Assembly: GCA_950097015.1 (NCBI GenBank)
Contig: CATNEN010000039.1
Span: 13,640,001-13,704,000 of the forward strand
DNA length: 64,000 nt
Source: Macrostomum hystrix
Lineage: Eukaryota > Animalia > Platyhelminthes
Direction of reading: 5' to 3'
Within the stretch, counting starts at the first letter, position 1. Each line of letters starts with the position of its first letter. Shown piece by piece: positions 1-13,084 of the stretch. The notes under the pieces were generated by a model. The model saw nothing but the letters and a program-made list of their open reading frames with translations, did no database searches and was not told the origin of the DNA. The translations under genes and the position numbers were made by a program.

Positions 1-122
1 TTAACTACTAAAGACTCAACAAATAAAGGAGCAAGTGTATCAGTGAAATATTTGTTCAACTCAGTCTGGATATTGTTCAAACCATACGACCCATCGATGC
101 TGCTACAAAGCCAGTCCGTTCA

Positions 123-3100
123 TCAGGCCCTGGACTGCTGCAACAGACGGTCCAGTTTGTCCTCGATTCTAGCCAGCCGAGATTCCATCTCTCGGCTGCG
201 ATTCTGCACCGCCGTTAGGCCGGTCATCATGAAGCTCTGGTTGCGGTGCATCTCGGTCAGGCTCACCGAACTGTCAGCCAAGCGTTTCTGATCTCCGCGC
301 AGCTCCCGGATGCGATGAATCGAGTGCAGCAGGCGTCTCTGGTGCTTCAGCGTCCTGCCAGCGTTGCCAGCCTTCTTGTACTTGTAGGACAGCCAGCCCT
401 CCTTCAGTATATTCGCTGCGGCGTGCTTGACCTGTTTGTCCAGCTCGATGTCGATGACAAAGTTATGGACGTACTTTTCGGCCCGGGATAGTTCGAGTTT
501 TCGGGCCAGCACCGCCACTACCAGGGCGGTGACACCGGTGCCGAAGAGGCCTGTTGAACGGATTCAGAGTTGTAGGCGTTAGTATGGTTGTATAGTCTAG
601 GCTAAGGCAGGTGCATTATATTCTAATCAAGCGATTTTTTTATTTTTTAACTTTAAGGAAATTAAAATGTACTTTGCACTTAGTTCAATACTATAAACTG
701 CAGACAGGCGCAATATAGAAATTGGTACTTTATAGCGCAAAGAATTCAAGTAAAGCTTTAAAAAACAGTGTGACTCAGAATTCATTCTTATTCACATGTC
801 GCTTTGAATACGAATACTAATATCGCTATAGAAATTGCTTTTGCCTTTTTACGAAATTTATGACCAACTGATCCACTAGTCTCAAATGGCACTCGATAGC
901 GAACTCGTCGCTCACTGCTGGAGCATTGGAAAGACATATTATTACACTGACATGCTGAGCCATATTTGGCATACTGCTTGATAGCTGCTCAATGTCTTAT
1001 TTGATTCTTACTGCGCGTTCATGTATATTATTAAATAATTATATACGAGGGTTGTGTCATAAATTCGCTGACAAACTTACATAGCGTCTGTTTCTTTTGT
1101 ACTTTGGGGGGGGGCAGAATTTTTTGATACAGACTAAGGCACCATCGATCTTATTGTCTATGGAAAATCTTCCCTCTGGCTTTTGAGACAAGGCAGAAAT
1201 CGAGTGGGATTCAAACCACCCTTTTATCCAGTATGGAGAAAAGTGAAGCTACCAAGCGCACTGCCATTTGGTCTTTGTGGAAGAAGCAGAAGAAGCAGGC
1301 TGATATTTGCCGTGAGCTGCTGCAAATCTTTAGCGAGGATGCACCTTCGAAACAAACTGTGTCAAAGTGGGTGCAGCGCTTTGAGGACGGCTGGGAAACA
1401 GTTGATGATGCTCCCCGCCCAGGTGCACCGCGGTCATCCACTTCCAGTGATAACATCCAGCGTGTGCAGCAAGCCCTGGACGATGATCGTGGAGTAACCC
1501 TGAGGCAGTTAAAGGACTTGTTGGAGATACCAATGAAGAGCATTCATTGCATTATCTCCGACCATCTGCATATGACACGAGTTGTTGCACGATGGGTCCC
1601 TAAACTGCTGACTCCTGTCCAACTGCAAGAGAGGGTCCAGATGTGCCGCCACCTACTCAACGCCTATCAAAACGAGCCCGAATTTCTTGGCCGCCTGGTG
1701 ACTGGTGATGAAACGTGGTTTCACATCTACGAACCAGAAACGAAACGGCAGAGCAGCATCTGGAAGGCTACTCACGAACCCCCACCGGTCAAGGCCAAGG
1801 CGGTGCAGTCAGCAGGTAAGCGCATGGCCACCGTGTTCTGGGACAGAGAAGGCATCTTGCTGATCGAGTGGCTACCTGAAGGCAGAACCATCAATGCCCA
1901 GTACTACTGTGAAATATTGGAACGGCTGCGTGAGAAGATCAAGAGTGAGCGCCGGGGAAGGATCACCAGGGGCATTGTGCTGCAGCAGGACAAAGTCAGG
2001 CCGCATAGCTGCAATGCAACTATGGATGTCATCAGGAGACTAGGGTTCGAGTTGCTGCCTCACCCTGCCTGTTCTCCTGATCTGGCCCCCAGTGACTACT
2101 GGTTGTTCCCTAAAATGAAAGAGCCTCTTCGTGACCATCGCTATGGAAGCCTATATACGAGGGACCCCCACCGAATTCTTCGCCCAGGGCATCAGCAAGC
2201 TGCCAGAGAGATGGCACAAATGTGTACAGCTTGGGGGTGACTATGTTGAGAAGGGCAATGTTGACAGTTAGCTGTTCTTTGTTTTGTTTCTTTGATATCT
2301 GCAGTTTTCAGCGAATTTCTGACACAACCCTCGTATATATACCTTTATGCATTGATATATTCATTATTTTGTCCATATTTTAGGTCGAATGCATCGTACC
2401 GGGTGTTTGTGTTGCAAATAATTCGCTTGAATATCAAAGCATTGTAAAAAATTCCAGTCCAGTTTCGTGAGAAATCACCCGACATCTCAGAATTATTATT
2501 ACTTAAATTACTATTATTAACGCTATTTTTTTCTACTCAGGAGATCTCAAACTTACCTGTGAGCACAGCGATGCCCCTGCCGCAGTAGGACGACGGCACA
2601 ATGTCACCGTAGCCGACCGTCAGGAATGTGATCGCGGTCATCCACATGCTGTTGAGAAAATTCTTGTGCTCATTGCCGTGGTACATCTCGCAGGCGCGCA
2701 CAGCCCAGGACGCCCAGATGAAGAGGAACAGTGCCATGACAGTCAGCACGTACTCCGGGTACAGGTTCATCAGCGACTTGAAGATGAACCGGAAGTTGAA
2801 GTGAATCCGGTTCAGGGCGCCCAAACTCTGCGACGAAGCATCCTGGTACAGACGGCTGTGCAGCATCATCACCCGGCAGACCAGGTAGAACCGCAGGAAC
2901 ATCGGCAGGCTGAATATGACATCGATTGGAATCACCTGAAGCAGTCGAACGCTCTTGGTTTCGTCGTACACCAGCATCTGGACCTCGTGCTGGCCGGGAA
3001 TCGGATGCACCGCGCACACCAGCAGCTCCAGGGCCAGGTGAAACCCGCGCGACAGCGTGATCGCCAGGCGCCAGTCGTCAATGGAATTGTCAATCATAAA

Positions 3101-3478
3101 TACCTTGATGTCCAGGTAGTGGTACCAGGTGATGAAGCCGAGCAAAATGGCTGTGCTGATGCTGATCATGCTCTTGACAATGATGGAGCCTGCCTGGTCC
3201 TTGTAGAAAACCTTGGCCATACAGAGCTCAGTCTCAACAATCATTAGCACAATGCCCAACATGGCGAAGAACAAGCTGAGATCGGCAATTAGTTTTCGAC
3301 GCACGAACAGCTCCTTGCGGCGAGCCAAGCGGGCGCCGACATTTTCGTATTTGTAAGCCTTCGGCGCTTCGCCAATAGACGAGCCATAGTTGCTGCCGTT
3401 CATGCCGCCGCCGCCAACGCCTACGAGAGGAATGCCGGGATCTTCCACAACACTGCTGCCTGGCGCCTTGCCGCTCAT
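123..3478 (-). CDS. Small-conductance Ca2+-activated K+ channel (SK/KCNN family), 2 coding exons: 3478-2557 and 550-123
   Basis: Exon 1 has the SK S1-S5 helices (LARRKELF...DLSLFFAMLGIVLMIVETEL; FLRFYLVCRVMMLHS) and the pore TFLTVGYGD. Donor AG|GTAAGT at 2557/2556 and acceptor CAG|G at 551/550 join in phase 1 to give [34 protein letters not shown] (S6 plus calmodulin-binding domain). An acceptor near 3521 suggests further upstream exons. Confidence 0.93.
1046..2333 (+). mobile_element. Tc1/mariner (DD34D mariner) DNA transposon, full length, in the SK gene intron
   Basis: 26-bp TIRs CGAGGGTTGTGTCA(T/G)AAATTCGCTGA with 1 mismatch, TA on both sides, 1288 bp long, internal transposase ORF. Confidence 0.95.
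1233..2270 (+). pseudogene. Mariner transposase with C-terminal deletion/frameshift
   Basis: HTH region, WVPKLL, TGDETW, QQD-34 aa-PSD (DD34D), CSPDLAPSDYWLF. The canonical C-terminus (EFFAQGISKLPERWHKCVQLGGDYVEK) is in another frame after ~2150. DNAxPH reads DKVRPH and YSPDL reads CSPDL. Confidence 0.88.
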
Positions 3479-3567
3479 GACAACAGAAGTGTGCAGCCGC
3501 TGGAGCTACTGTGGGGTCTCCTGCGGGGGAGGGGAAACGCGAATACAATCGCTAATGATTGCGAAGA

Positions 3568-4557
3568 TACTAGAGCTACTGTGGATGTGTCACTAGATCT
3601 ACTGGGAATGTGGTCACTAGATCTACTGTGGATGTGGTCACTAGATCTACTGTAGATGTGGTCACTAGATCTACTGGGAATGTGGTCACTAGATCTACTG
3701 TGGATGTGGTCACTAGATCTACTGTAGATGTGGTCACTAGATCTACTGTAGATGTGTCACTAGATCTACTGTAGATGTGGTCACTAGATCTACTGTAGAT
3801 GTGTCACTAGATCGACTGTGGATGTGGTCACTAGATCTACTGGGAATGTGGTCACTAGATCTACTGTGGATGTGGTCACTAGATCTACTGTAGATGTGTC
3901 ACTAGATCGACTGTGGATGTGGTCACTAGATCTACTGGGAATGTGGTCACTAGATCTACTGTGGATGTGGTCACTAGATCTACTGTGGATGTGGTCACTA
4001 GATCTACTGGGAATGTGGTCACTAGATCTACTGTGGATGTGGTCACTAGATCTACTGTAGATGTGGTCACTAGATCTACTGGGAATGTGTCACTAGATCG
4101 ACTGTAGATGTGTCACTAGATCTACTGTGGATGTGTCACTAGATCTACTGGGAATGTGGTCGCTAGATCTACTGTGGATGTGGTCACTAGATCTACTGGG
4201 AATGTGGTCACTAGATCTACTGTGGATGTGGTCACTAGATCTACTGGGAATGTGGTCACTAGATCTACTGTGGATGTGGTCACTAGATCTACTGGGAATG
4301 TGGTCACTATATCGACTACGGATGTGGTCACTAGAGCTACTGTGGATGTGGTCACTAGATCTACTGTGGATATGGTCACTAGATCTACTGTAGATGTGTC
4401 ACTAGATCTACTGTAGATGTGTCACTAGATCTACTGTAGATGTGTCACTAGATCTACTGTAGATGTGTCACTAGATCTACTGTAGATGTGTCACTAGATC
4501 TACTGTAGATGTGTCACTAGATCTACTGTAGATGTGTCACTAGATCTACTGTGGATG
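3568..4557. repeat. 23-24 bp minisatellite (GTGGATGTGGTCACTAGATCTACT)n
   Basis: About 40 directly visible tandem copies. Confidence 0.95.
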
Positions 4558-6134
4558 TGCATACTGGATAAATAGCGGACACATTTAGATTCTCTCATTT
4601 AGCAGCTATAATTTTTATATAGCTATTTTACAAAAAAGCGGTAACGTTATTCAAATCAAGTGACCTATATCTGTTAGATTTCGCACTTACCACCGCATTG
4701 AGGTACTATGTAGGTCTGTCCAAAGATAGAATTTCCACTGTCCAGGTGACAGATGCTGCTGTATAGAAATAGTCTAAGGCGCCCCTTGTTTGGGCCTTTG
4801 TTTCCCCTTTAAATATGGATTTCTGACTGACCAAATGCTTCTGTGATCTCGTTGGCTTGACCACTTTACTTCTTTCAGGGGGGGGAGGCAATGGAATCCG
4901 AAAAATTTACTGGATAGACAGGGTACCAAGAAAGGTGAGAAAAGGCCTTGAGATTGGGGTGGAATAGCGAATAATTTTTTTTTCGAAGAGCGGCGATCAA
5001 CGAGTGGATTAGTAGCTGCTGCTGCTGCTGCTGCTTTCTGAACTGTGTCACTCAAGATTTTACTAGGGAATTCAACTAGGGAAATGCCGTACAGAGTGGG
5101 CGTGAAGCAACCGTGAGGTTGTCTTTAGGAATTATATTTTCTATAGGCAGAACTTTCGATTAGGGGTGGAGGTAACCGGACTCTCGGGTGGAGGAAATCT
5201 ATAACAGGAAGTGAGAACAACTACTCAGCAAAATCGGCTTTGAGAACTCTGAAGCTCCAAGTCAGGGTGACGGTCAGTGGTCCACTCTCAGAATTCTAAT
5301 CTAATATCTTCTTCTGTTCTGTTTCTGTCTCTGTATTAGCGTATAGAAGACTATTAATGATTGGCTATATAGGTGATCGTGGCAGGGGCTTAAAAGCTGA
5401 GCACAGTATTGGCAGCAGAAAATGAAATAGGAGACGGTACAGCGATTGTTCGATAGGACAGACGACAATATAGACTCCGTGTGCGCCCCAATGTCCCACA
5501 GTGAGCAAGAAATGGTTTGAGCTCAGGGGTTGAGCACTCGTGAGGGGGCGTATACAGCAACTGGGGCTGTGGACTTTAAGCGAGTAGAAAAGAATAAATT
5601 GTCAAGGAGGGGGGTTTTCAAAAAATCAATAGTTTGGGCTCCAGTTGCAGCCAACAAATGTGACAGCTGCTGCTGGGAGGCCAACGAAAAGTAGAAGGAT
5701 TGGATCAGGCAGCGTCTCCTTGAATTAAACATTTTTCTAAGCATTTCCTACGCTATAGAGAAATTTTATTCGATTGCACGACTATATTGTTGCTATGCAA
5801 GCCGTTTTCTTATTATCTTGTGCTTCGAGTGTTGATGACTGTCGTTTGTGATCAATGCACTAAACAAGGTCAGATTGAAGGGAAATAGCAAACCGAAAAA
5901 AAATTGGGGCATCAAATGGAAAATTGAAAGCAGAAACGTGTTTAACTGCACACATAAACCGGATGGGGAGGAATTAACAGGAAGAAAAGAAGAAGTTAAA
6001 TCTATTGAGTGACTTATGCGATCGACTAGTCGAATGGGAAGTAAAGAGCTGGAGTCGGTAGAGCTATGACAGGATGAGGATAATAGAGGGTGGATAGCTG
6101 TAGACAGAGGGAACAGAGAAGAAGACTCTGCGAG

Positions 6135-7207
6135 AAGAGAAGTAGACAGAGAGAGAGAAGAGAAGTAGACAGAAAGAGAGAAAAGAAGTAGACAGAGAGA
6201 AAAGAGAAGTAGACAGAGAGAAAAGAGAAGTAGACAGAGAGAAAAGAGAAGTAGACAGAGAGAAAAGAGAAGTAGACAGAGAGAGAAGAGAAGTAGACAG
6301 AGAGAAAAGAGAAGTAGACAGAGAGAAAAGAGAAGTAGACAGAGAGAAAAGAGAAGTAGACAGAGAGAAAAGAGAAGTAGACAGAGAGAAAAGAGAAGTA
6401 GACAGGGAGAAAAGAGAAGTAGACAGAGGGAGAGAAGAGAAGTAGACAGAGAGAAAAGAGAAGTAGACAGAGAGAGAAGAGAAGTAGACAGAGAGAGAAG
6501 AGAAGTAGACAGAGAGAGAAGAGAAGTAGACAGAGAGAAAAGAGAAGTAGACAGAGAGAGAAGAGAAGTAGACAGAGAGAGAAGAGAAGTAGACAGAGAG
6601 AAAAGAGAAGTAGACAGAGAGAAAAGAGAAGTAGACAGAGTGAATGCAGGTGACGGATGAGAGTGAATGAAGGTGTGGGATGAGAGTGAATGAAGGTGAG
6701 GGATGAGAGTGAATGAAGGTGAGGGATGAGAGTGAATGAAGGTGAGGGATGAGAGTGAATGAAGGTAGAAGGGAGAGGGAGAAGCGGACAGAGGGAGGGT
6801 AGGGAGAAGCGGACAGAGGGAGGGTAGGGAAAAGCGGACAGAGGGAGGGTAGGGAGAAGCGGACAGAGGGAGGGTAGGGAGAAGCAGACAGTGGGAGGGT
6901 AGGGAGAAGCAGACAGTGGGAGGGTAGGGAGAAGCGGACAGAGGGAGGGTAGGGAGAAGCAGACAGTGGGAGGGTAGGGAAAAGCGGACAGAGGGAGGGT
7001 AGGGAGAAGCAGACAGTGGGAGGGTAGGGAGAAGCGGACAGAGGGAGGGTAGGGAGAAGCAGACAGTGGGAGGGTAGGGAGAAGCGGACAGAGGGAGGGT
7101 AGGGAGAAGCAGACAGTGGGAGGGTAGGGAGAAGCAGACAGTGGGAGGGTAGGGAGAAGCAGACAGTGGGAGGGTAGGGAGAAGCGGACAGAGGGAGGGT
7201 AGGGAGA
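6135..7207. repeat. Compound purine-rich minisatellite block (21-, 23- and 25-bp units)
   Basis: (ACAGAGAGAAAAGAGAAGTAG)n, then (GAGAGTGAATGAAGGTGAGGGAT)n, then (GGGAGAAGCGGACAGAGGGAGGGTA)n. Confidence 0.93.
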
Positions 7208-7784
7208 TGTAGACTGAGAGGTTGATTTAATTAACACTACAGCTAGACAATGGAAGCTGTTGTACAAATAGATGAAGCTGGTGTTACTGCTGACCAGAGG
7301 TTATGAGCAGCACAAATTCAACCAATTTAGACTAATAGAACTGAAAATAAATCGTTAAAAAAGTGAGTTTTTTGGCCCTAGAAAAATTTTATAACTGCCC
7401 CCCAGAGAGTTGTTAGCTTAGAAGCAACGGTACCGTGTCTGTCCATTAAAAAAACAGCTTATTGCTTCTCGCCCAATTGTTAATCCCGCTACGCTATACT
7501 CTTAGCTAGGAAAACTCAAAACCGCTGCTACTCAACCAAATAAAGCTGTGAGCAGTGCCGGTCCGGGTGCTGAGTTGTTGCTGAGGCCCGGAAAGGAAGT
7601 GAATGGCGTGAGGATCTCACCGCGCGTTTTCTAAAGAAAGTGTGGACTTCGCTTCCTGTTCAGCATTATCCCCTTCGTAATTCCCTTACCTTCTACTCTC
7701 GCTGGAAGGGATCATTGCTTATTTCCCGAACTGAATTTTATTAAAACAGTGGAGCCATGAGCGGACATTCTCATGGGACTGGTG

Positions 7785-8215
7785 TCATGACAGAGCAGTC
7801 ATTTTGTGGTCATGATAATGGAGTCATTCTGTGGTCATGACAGTTGAGCCTTTCTGTGGTCATGACAATGGAGTCATTCTGTGGTCATGGCAGTTGAGCC
7901 TTTCTGTGGTCATGACAGTTGAGCATGTCATGACCATGACCATCTGAAGAGGATATTTAATCATATTTGAAGAGGATCATGACCATGACCATCTGTGGTC
8001 ATAACAATGGAGTCATTCTGTGGTCATGACAGTTGAGCCTTTCTGTGGTCATGACAATGGAGTCATTCTGTGGTCATGACAATGGAGTCATTCTGTGGTC
8101 ATGACAGTTGAGTCATTTTGTGGTCATTACAGTTGAGTCATTCTGTGGTCATGACAGTTAAGTCATTCTGTGGTCATGACAGTTGAGCCTTTCTGTGGTC
8201 ATGACAATGCAGTCA
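7785..8215. repeat. 25-bp minisatellite (TGTGGTCATGACARTKGAGYCWTTC)n
   Basis: Tandem copies visible, interrupted around 7930-7990. Confidence 0.88.
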
Positions 8216-8589
8216 TAATGCTGTCATGGTAGTGGGCTGGTTTTGTTTTTGTTTGTCCAGGAATGTACTTCTATATATCATATCTTTCGTACAAGCTTGC
8301 TCATTTGAAAAGTAATTTTTACTATTGTCTGATAGTGCCATGCCAGAATGGGCATAGCAATCGACTGCTCTAGGTTTGAAAAACGAGAAAATATTTCGGC
8401 CAAATATGCTGGGCATTCATCTAGTCGACACTTCCAGCTGTCTTGACAAATGACAGCCTGTATCCCCAGCATCTGGGTGTCATCTGCTTAAATTCCTGCC
8501 TCAGTACCGCCTCAAGTACTCCTTCTGCAGAGAACACATGAGGAAAGGAAAGACGACTAGAAGATGAAAGGAGACGAGAGAAAAGGAGA

Positions 8590-10030
8590 GACCGATCAGG
8601 ACGAGGAGAGGATCAGGAGAGGATCAGGACGGAGGGGGAGAAGAGGATCAGGACGGAGGGGGGAGAAGAGGATCAGGAGGGAGGGGGAGAGGATCAGGAG
8701 GGAGGGGGAGAAGAGGATCAGGAATCAGGGGGGAGAAAATGATCATGAGGCAGGGGATAAGAGGATCAGGAATCAGGGAGAGAAGAGGATCAGGAGGCAG
8801 GGGAGAAGAGGATCAGGAATCAGGGGATAAGAGGATCAGGAGACAGGGAGATAAGAGGATCAGGAGGCAGGGGGAGAAGAGGATCAGGAGGCAGGGGGAG
8901 AAGAGGATCAGGAGGCAGAGGAGAAGAGGATCAGGAGACAGGGAGATAAGAGGATCAGGAGGCAGGGGGAGAAGAGGATCAGGAGGCAGAGGAGAAGAAG
9001 ATCAGGAGGCAGAGGAGAAGAGGATCAGGAGACAGGGAGATAAGAGGATCAGGCGGCAGGGGGAGAAGAGGATCAGGAGACAAGGAGATAAGAGGATCAG
9101 GAGGCAGGGGGAGAAGAGGATCAGGAGGTAGGGGGAGAAGAGGATCAGGAGGCAGAGGAGAAGAGGATCAGGAGACAGGGAGATAAGAGGATCAGGAGAC
9201 AGGGAGATAAGAGGATCAGGAGGCAGGGGGAGAAGAGGATCAGGAGACAGGGGATAAGAGGATCAGGAGGCAGGGGGAGAAGAGGATCAGGAGGCAGGGG
9301 GAGAAGAGGATCAGGAGGCAGAGGAGAAGAGGATCAGGAGGCAGGGGAGAAGAGGATCAGGAGACAGGGAGAAAAGAGGATCAGGAGGCAGGGGGAGAAA
9401 ATGATCAGGAGGCAGGGGAGAAGAGGATCAGGAGGCAGGGGAGAAGAGGATCAGGAGACAGGGAGAAAAGAGGATCAGGAGGCAGGGGGAGAAAATGATC
9501 AGGAGGCAGGGGAGAAGAGGATCAGGAGACAGGGGAGAAGAGGATCAGGAGACAGGGGAGAAGAGGATCAGGAGACAGGGAGATAAGAGGATCAGGAGAC
9601 AGGGGATAAGAGGATCAGGAGGCAGGGAGATAAGAGGATCAGGAGGCACGAAGATATGAGGATCAGGAGGCAGGGGAGAAGAGGATCAGGAGGCAGGGGT
9701 GAAGAGGATCAGGAGGCAGGGGAGAAGAGGATCAGGAATCAGGGGGAGAAGAAGATCAGGAGGCAGGGGAGAAGAGGATCAGGAGGCAGGGGAGAAGAGG
9801 ATCAGGAATCAGGGGGAGAAGAGGATCAGGAGGCAGGGGAGAAGAGGATCAGGAGGCAGGGGAGAAGAGGATCAGGAGGCAGGGGAGAAGAGGATCAGGA
9901 ATCAGGGGGAGAAGAGGATCAGGAGGCAGGGGAGAAGAGGATCAGGAATCAGGGGGAGAAGAGGATCAGAAATCAGGGGGAGAAGAGGATCAGAAATCAG
10001 GGGGAGAAGAGGATCAGGAGGCAGGGGGAG
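8590..10030. repeat. 23-24 bp minisatellite (GAGAAGAGGATCAGGAGGCAGGG)n
   Basis: Tandem copies visible. Confidence 0.93.
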
Positions 10031-10499
10031 AAAAGGTCCAGGTTAGACGAGGGAAGCAGTGTCATTAAAAAATAGGCCTAAATTGAACGAACTACAAATT
10101 TTCCCGGATCAGATAAATACCGAGAACAGAATCGCTGTTTAAAAATCGCTTTAAAAGGAAAACAATTGTATCGCTTGATTTGTTATTGTCCTATTGGTAG
10201 GTAGCATGCAGATGAATCGTTTTCAGTATAAGAGGCTTAGGTAGCTATCTTTAGATTTCCTAGCTCGTACGAGTCAGCGAGGTCACATGGGACCATTTTT
10301 AGAAAACAGATTTTTAGAAAACAGAAACAATTTGCTTAGTATTTAAATCTAAGCAGCCCTTTTAAGATAGGAATCAGTGCTGGCATTGTTGTTTTTTCAT
10401 TATTTCCTTTTAGCAATTCACAAACGCTAAGAAGGATATTCAATTACTAAATTAGTCTTCCACATTGATATATTCCGAGTAATAAATTGACGTTTAAAG

Positions 10500-10865
10500 A
10501 CAGAGGAGAGAAGAGAAAACGAGAGGAGATTAAATGAGATGAGGTGACAAAAATGAGAGGAGAGGAGAGGAGAGAATAATAGATTAGAACTGATAAGATG
10601 AGATGAGAAGCGAAAAGATTAGATAAGATTAGATAAGATTAGAGAAGAGTGGAGAGGAGAGGAGAGGAGAAGAGTGGAGAGGAGAGGAGAGGAGAGGAGG
10701 AGAGGAGAGGAGAGGAGAGGAGAGGAGAGGAGAGGAGAGGAGAGGAGAGGAGAGGAGAGGAGAGGAGGAGAGGAGAGGAGAGGAGAGGAGAGGAGAGGAG
10801 AGGAGAGGAGGAGAGGAGAGGAGAGGAGAGGAGAGGAGAGGAGAGGAGAGGAGAGGAGATGAGAG
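10500..10865. repeat. (GAGAG)n microsatellite with degenerate 5-mer flank
   Basis: Directly visible. Confidence 0.9.
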
Positions 10866-11399
10866 GATAGGTATTTATGCATTTGCAATAGAGACAATCT
10901 CAACAATGACCAAATCACAGACAGCGAAAGTATACTTACAGTATGTCTGTCTATGCAAGCCTATTGTGTGCTGCAGTGATCTGAAATGTCTCTGCGGAAT
11001 GACAACTGAATGTCCTTTTCTGAGCGATTGGCTAAGCAAAATTGGCCAGTTAAGATTTATACTCGGGTACAAGCGGTGGACAATTCAGCAGCTCGTGACG
11101 GAAGCAACCTTCTTCTCTTGCAGGATCGAATTCTGTGGCAAATATTTTTGGTTAGGTTTTAAAATGCCAATCCTCAGTTCGCATTCCTTACCCGTTATTG
11201 CCCGACTGTCCGCGGCCGCGATCTACGCCCACTTCTACTCTGCTTCACTGGCTAAAAGCAGAGCGATAAGAAAGAGAGAGATAAGGTAGGACGGGCAAAT
11301 TCGGAAATACTGCTCAGAATGAGAGCGAAGACTCGCTCTCATTGGCTCTTAGTTGCATTGGGTGCATAAGATAGACAGATCTTTTATCTACGGGATGTT

Positions 11400-12340
11400 A
11401 AAGGATGGGATCTTGGTTTGGGATGGGATCGGTTGGTTTGGGATGGGATCGGTTGGTTTGGGATGGGATCGGTTGGTTTGGGATGGAATAGGATGGAATG
11501 GAATGTGATGGGATGGGATGGGATGGGATGGGATGGGATGGAATGTGATGGGATGGGATGGGATAGGATGGGATGGAATGGGATGGAATGGGATGTGATG
11601 GGATGGGATGGGATGGGATGGAATGTGATGGGATGGGATGGGATAGGATGGGATGGAATGGGATGGGATGGGATGTGATGGAATGTGATGGGATGGGATG
11701 GGATGGGATGGGATGGAATGGAATGTGATGGGATGGGATGGGATGGGATGGAATGTGATGGGATGGGATGGGATAGGATGGGATGGAATGGGATGGGATG
11801 GGATGTGATGGAATAAGATCGCATGGCGCGCGATAGGATTGGATGGTGTGGGATGGGATTGGATGGTGTGGGATGGGATTGGATGGTGTGGGATGGGATT
11901 GGATGGTGTGGGATGGGATTGGATGGAATGGGATGGGATGGGATGGGATGGAATAGGATGGCATGGGATAGGATGGAATAGGATGGCATGGGATGGGATG
12001 GGATGAGATGGGATGGGATGGGGTGGGATGGGGTGGGATGGAATGGGATGGGATGGGATGGGATGGAATGGGATGGGATGGAATGGAATGGGACGGGATG
12101 GGATGGGATGGGATGGAATGGGATGGGAAGGGTTAGGATGGGATGGGACGGTATGGAATGGAATGGGATGGGATGGGATGCAATGGAATGGAATGGGATG
12201 GGATGGAATGGGATCGAATGGCGCGCGATTGGATTGGATGTTGTGGGACGGGATTGGATGTTGTGGGATGGGATGGGATGGGAACGGATGATATGGGATG
12301 GGATGGGATGAGATTGGATGGGATGGGAGAGATGGGGTGA
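11400..12340. repeat. (GGGAT)n pentanucleotide microsatellite
   Basis: Directly visible. Confidence 0.93.
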
Positions 12341-13084
12341 GTTGATAATATCTATATGCAGATTAAATTCTATAATTAAAACTCCCTTGCCCTTTTACGC
12401 AATTTTCTAGCTGTCAGTGGAACTGAAATCAATGCACCGTTTTCTTCTTTCAAGTTCACCAGTCCAATGCCCGTGTAAACCGGGTTCAGAGCAGCCCTCT
12501 ATCGACTAAAGAGTAACGCGGTTTTCGTTGGCCGAGGCACTTTATCGTCGGACTTACTCAGACATTATTATCTATTAGCTCTGTGTTGTTATGAATTATT
12601 GAACATTAGTTCGATTCTGTGAGACGAAACCCGAGCTCTGACTATGTCTGTACAAGCTTGGCTGTTACTTTTTTGTGGCAGAACCATTTTCGTCATTCCG
12701 CATTTGACAGGTCTGTCAGCTGTCTCTACCTTCGTATCCTCAGCTTCATTTCCTCAGCTTCTAGAGCTTCGCGAAGGCGCGGACACGTCAATGAGTTAAT
12801 GAATTCGAAATTTCCTTGTTTTAAACCATCACTGATGCCATGGGGGATTTTTTGGGAAAACTAAAATAAGAAGCTGAATTATACGGATTGGGGAGAAGAA
12901 GCTAGATACCTGGCTGACAATGAGATTGTCTGGCTAAGCCAGCTTTTCGGCTGAAGAAAACTAAAGTCGACACTTATTTGAAGGGAAATGGGATTACTGA
13001 ATTTGGCGAGTTTAAAGAGATAAGACGAGATTAAACTGGGAAGCAAATTGAATGGGAATGATTTTTTCGAGGCTGGTTAGTATG

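Noticed and set aside
2150-2165. TATACGAGGG inside the mariner, identical to its own terminus (possible self-insertion scar)
   Set aside because: ATACGAGGGACC reads I-R-G-T in the frame of the native C-terminus, so chance similarity at a deletion breakpoint is sufficient.
3568-4557. Regular short repeats (here and at 21790, 45290, 58127) as possible CRISPR arrays
   Set aside because: Head-to-tail units with no unique spacers, no cas genes, eukaryotic context.
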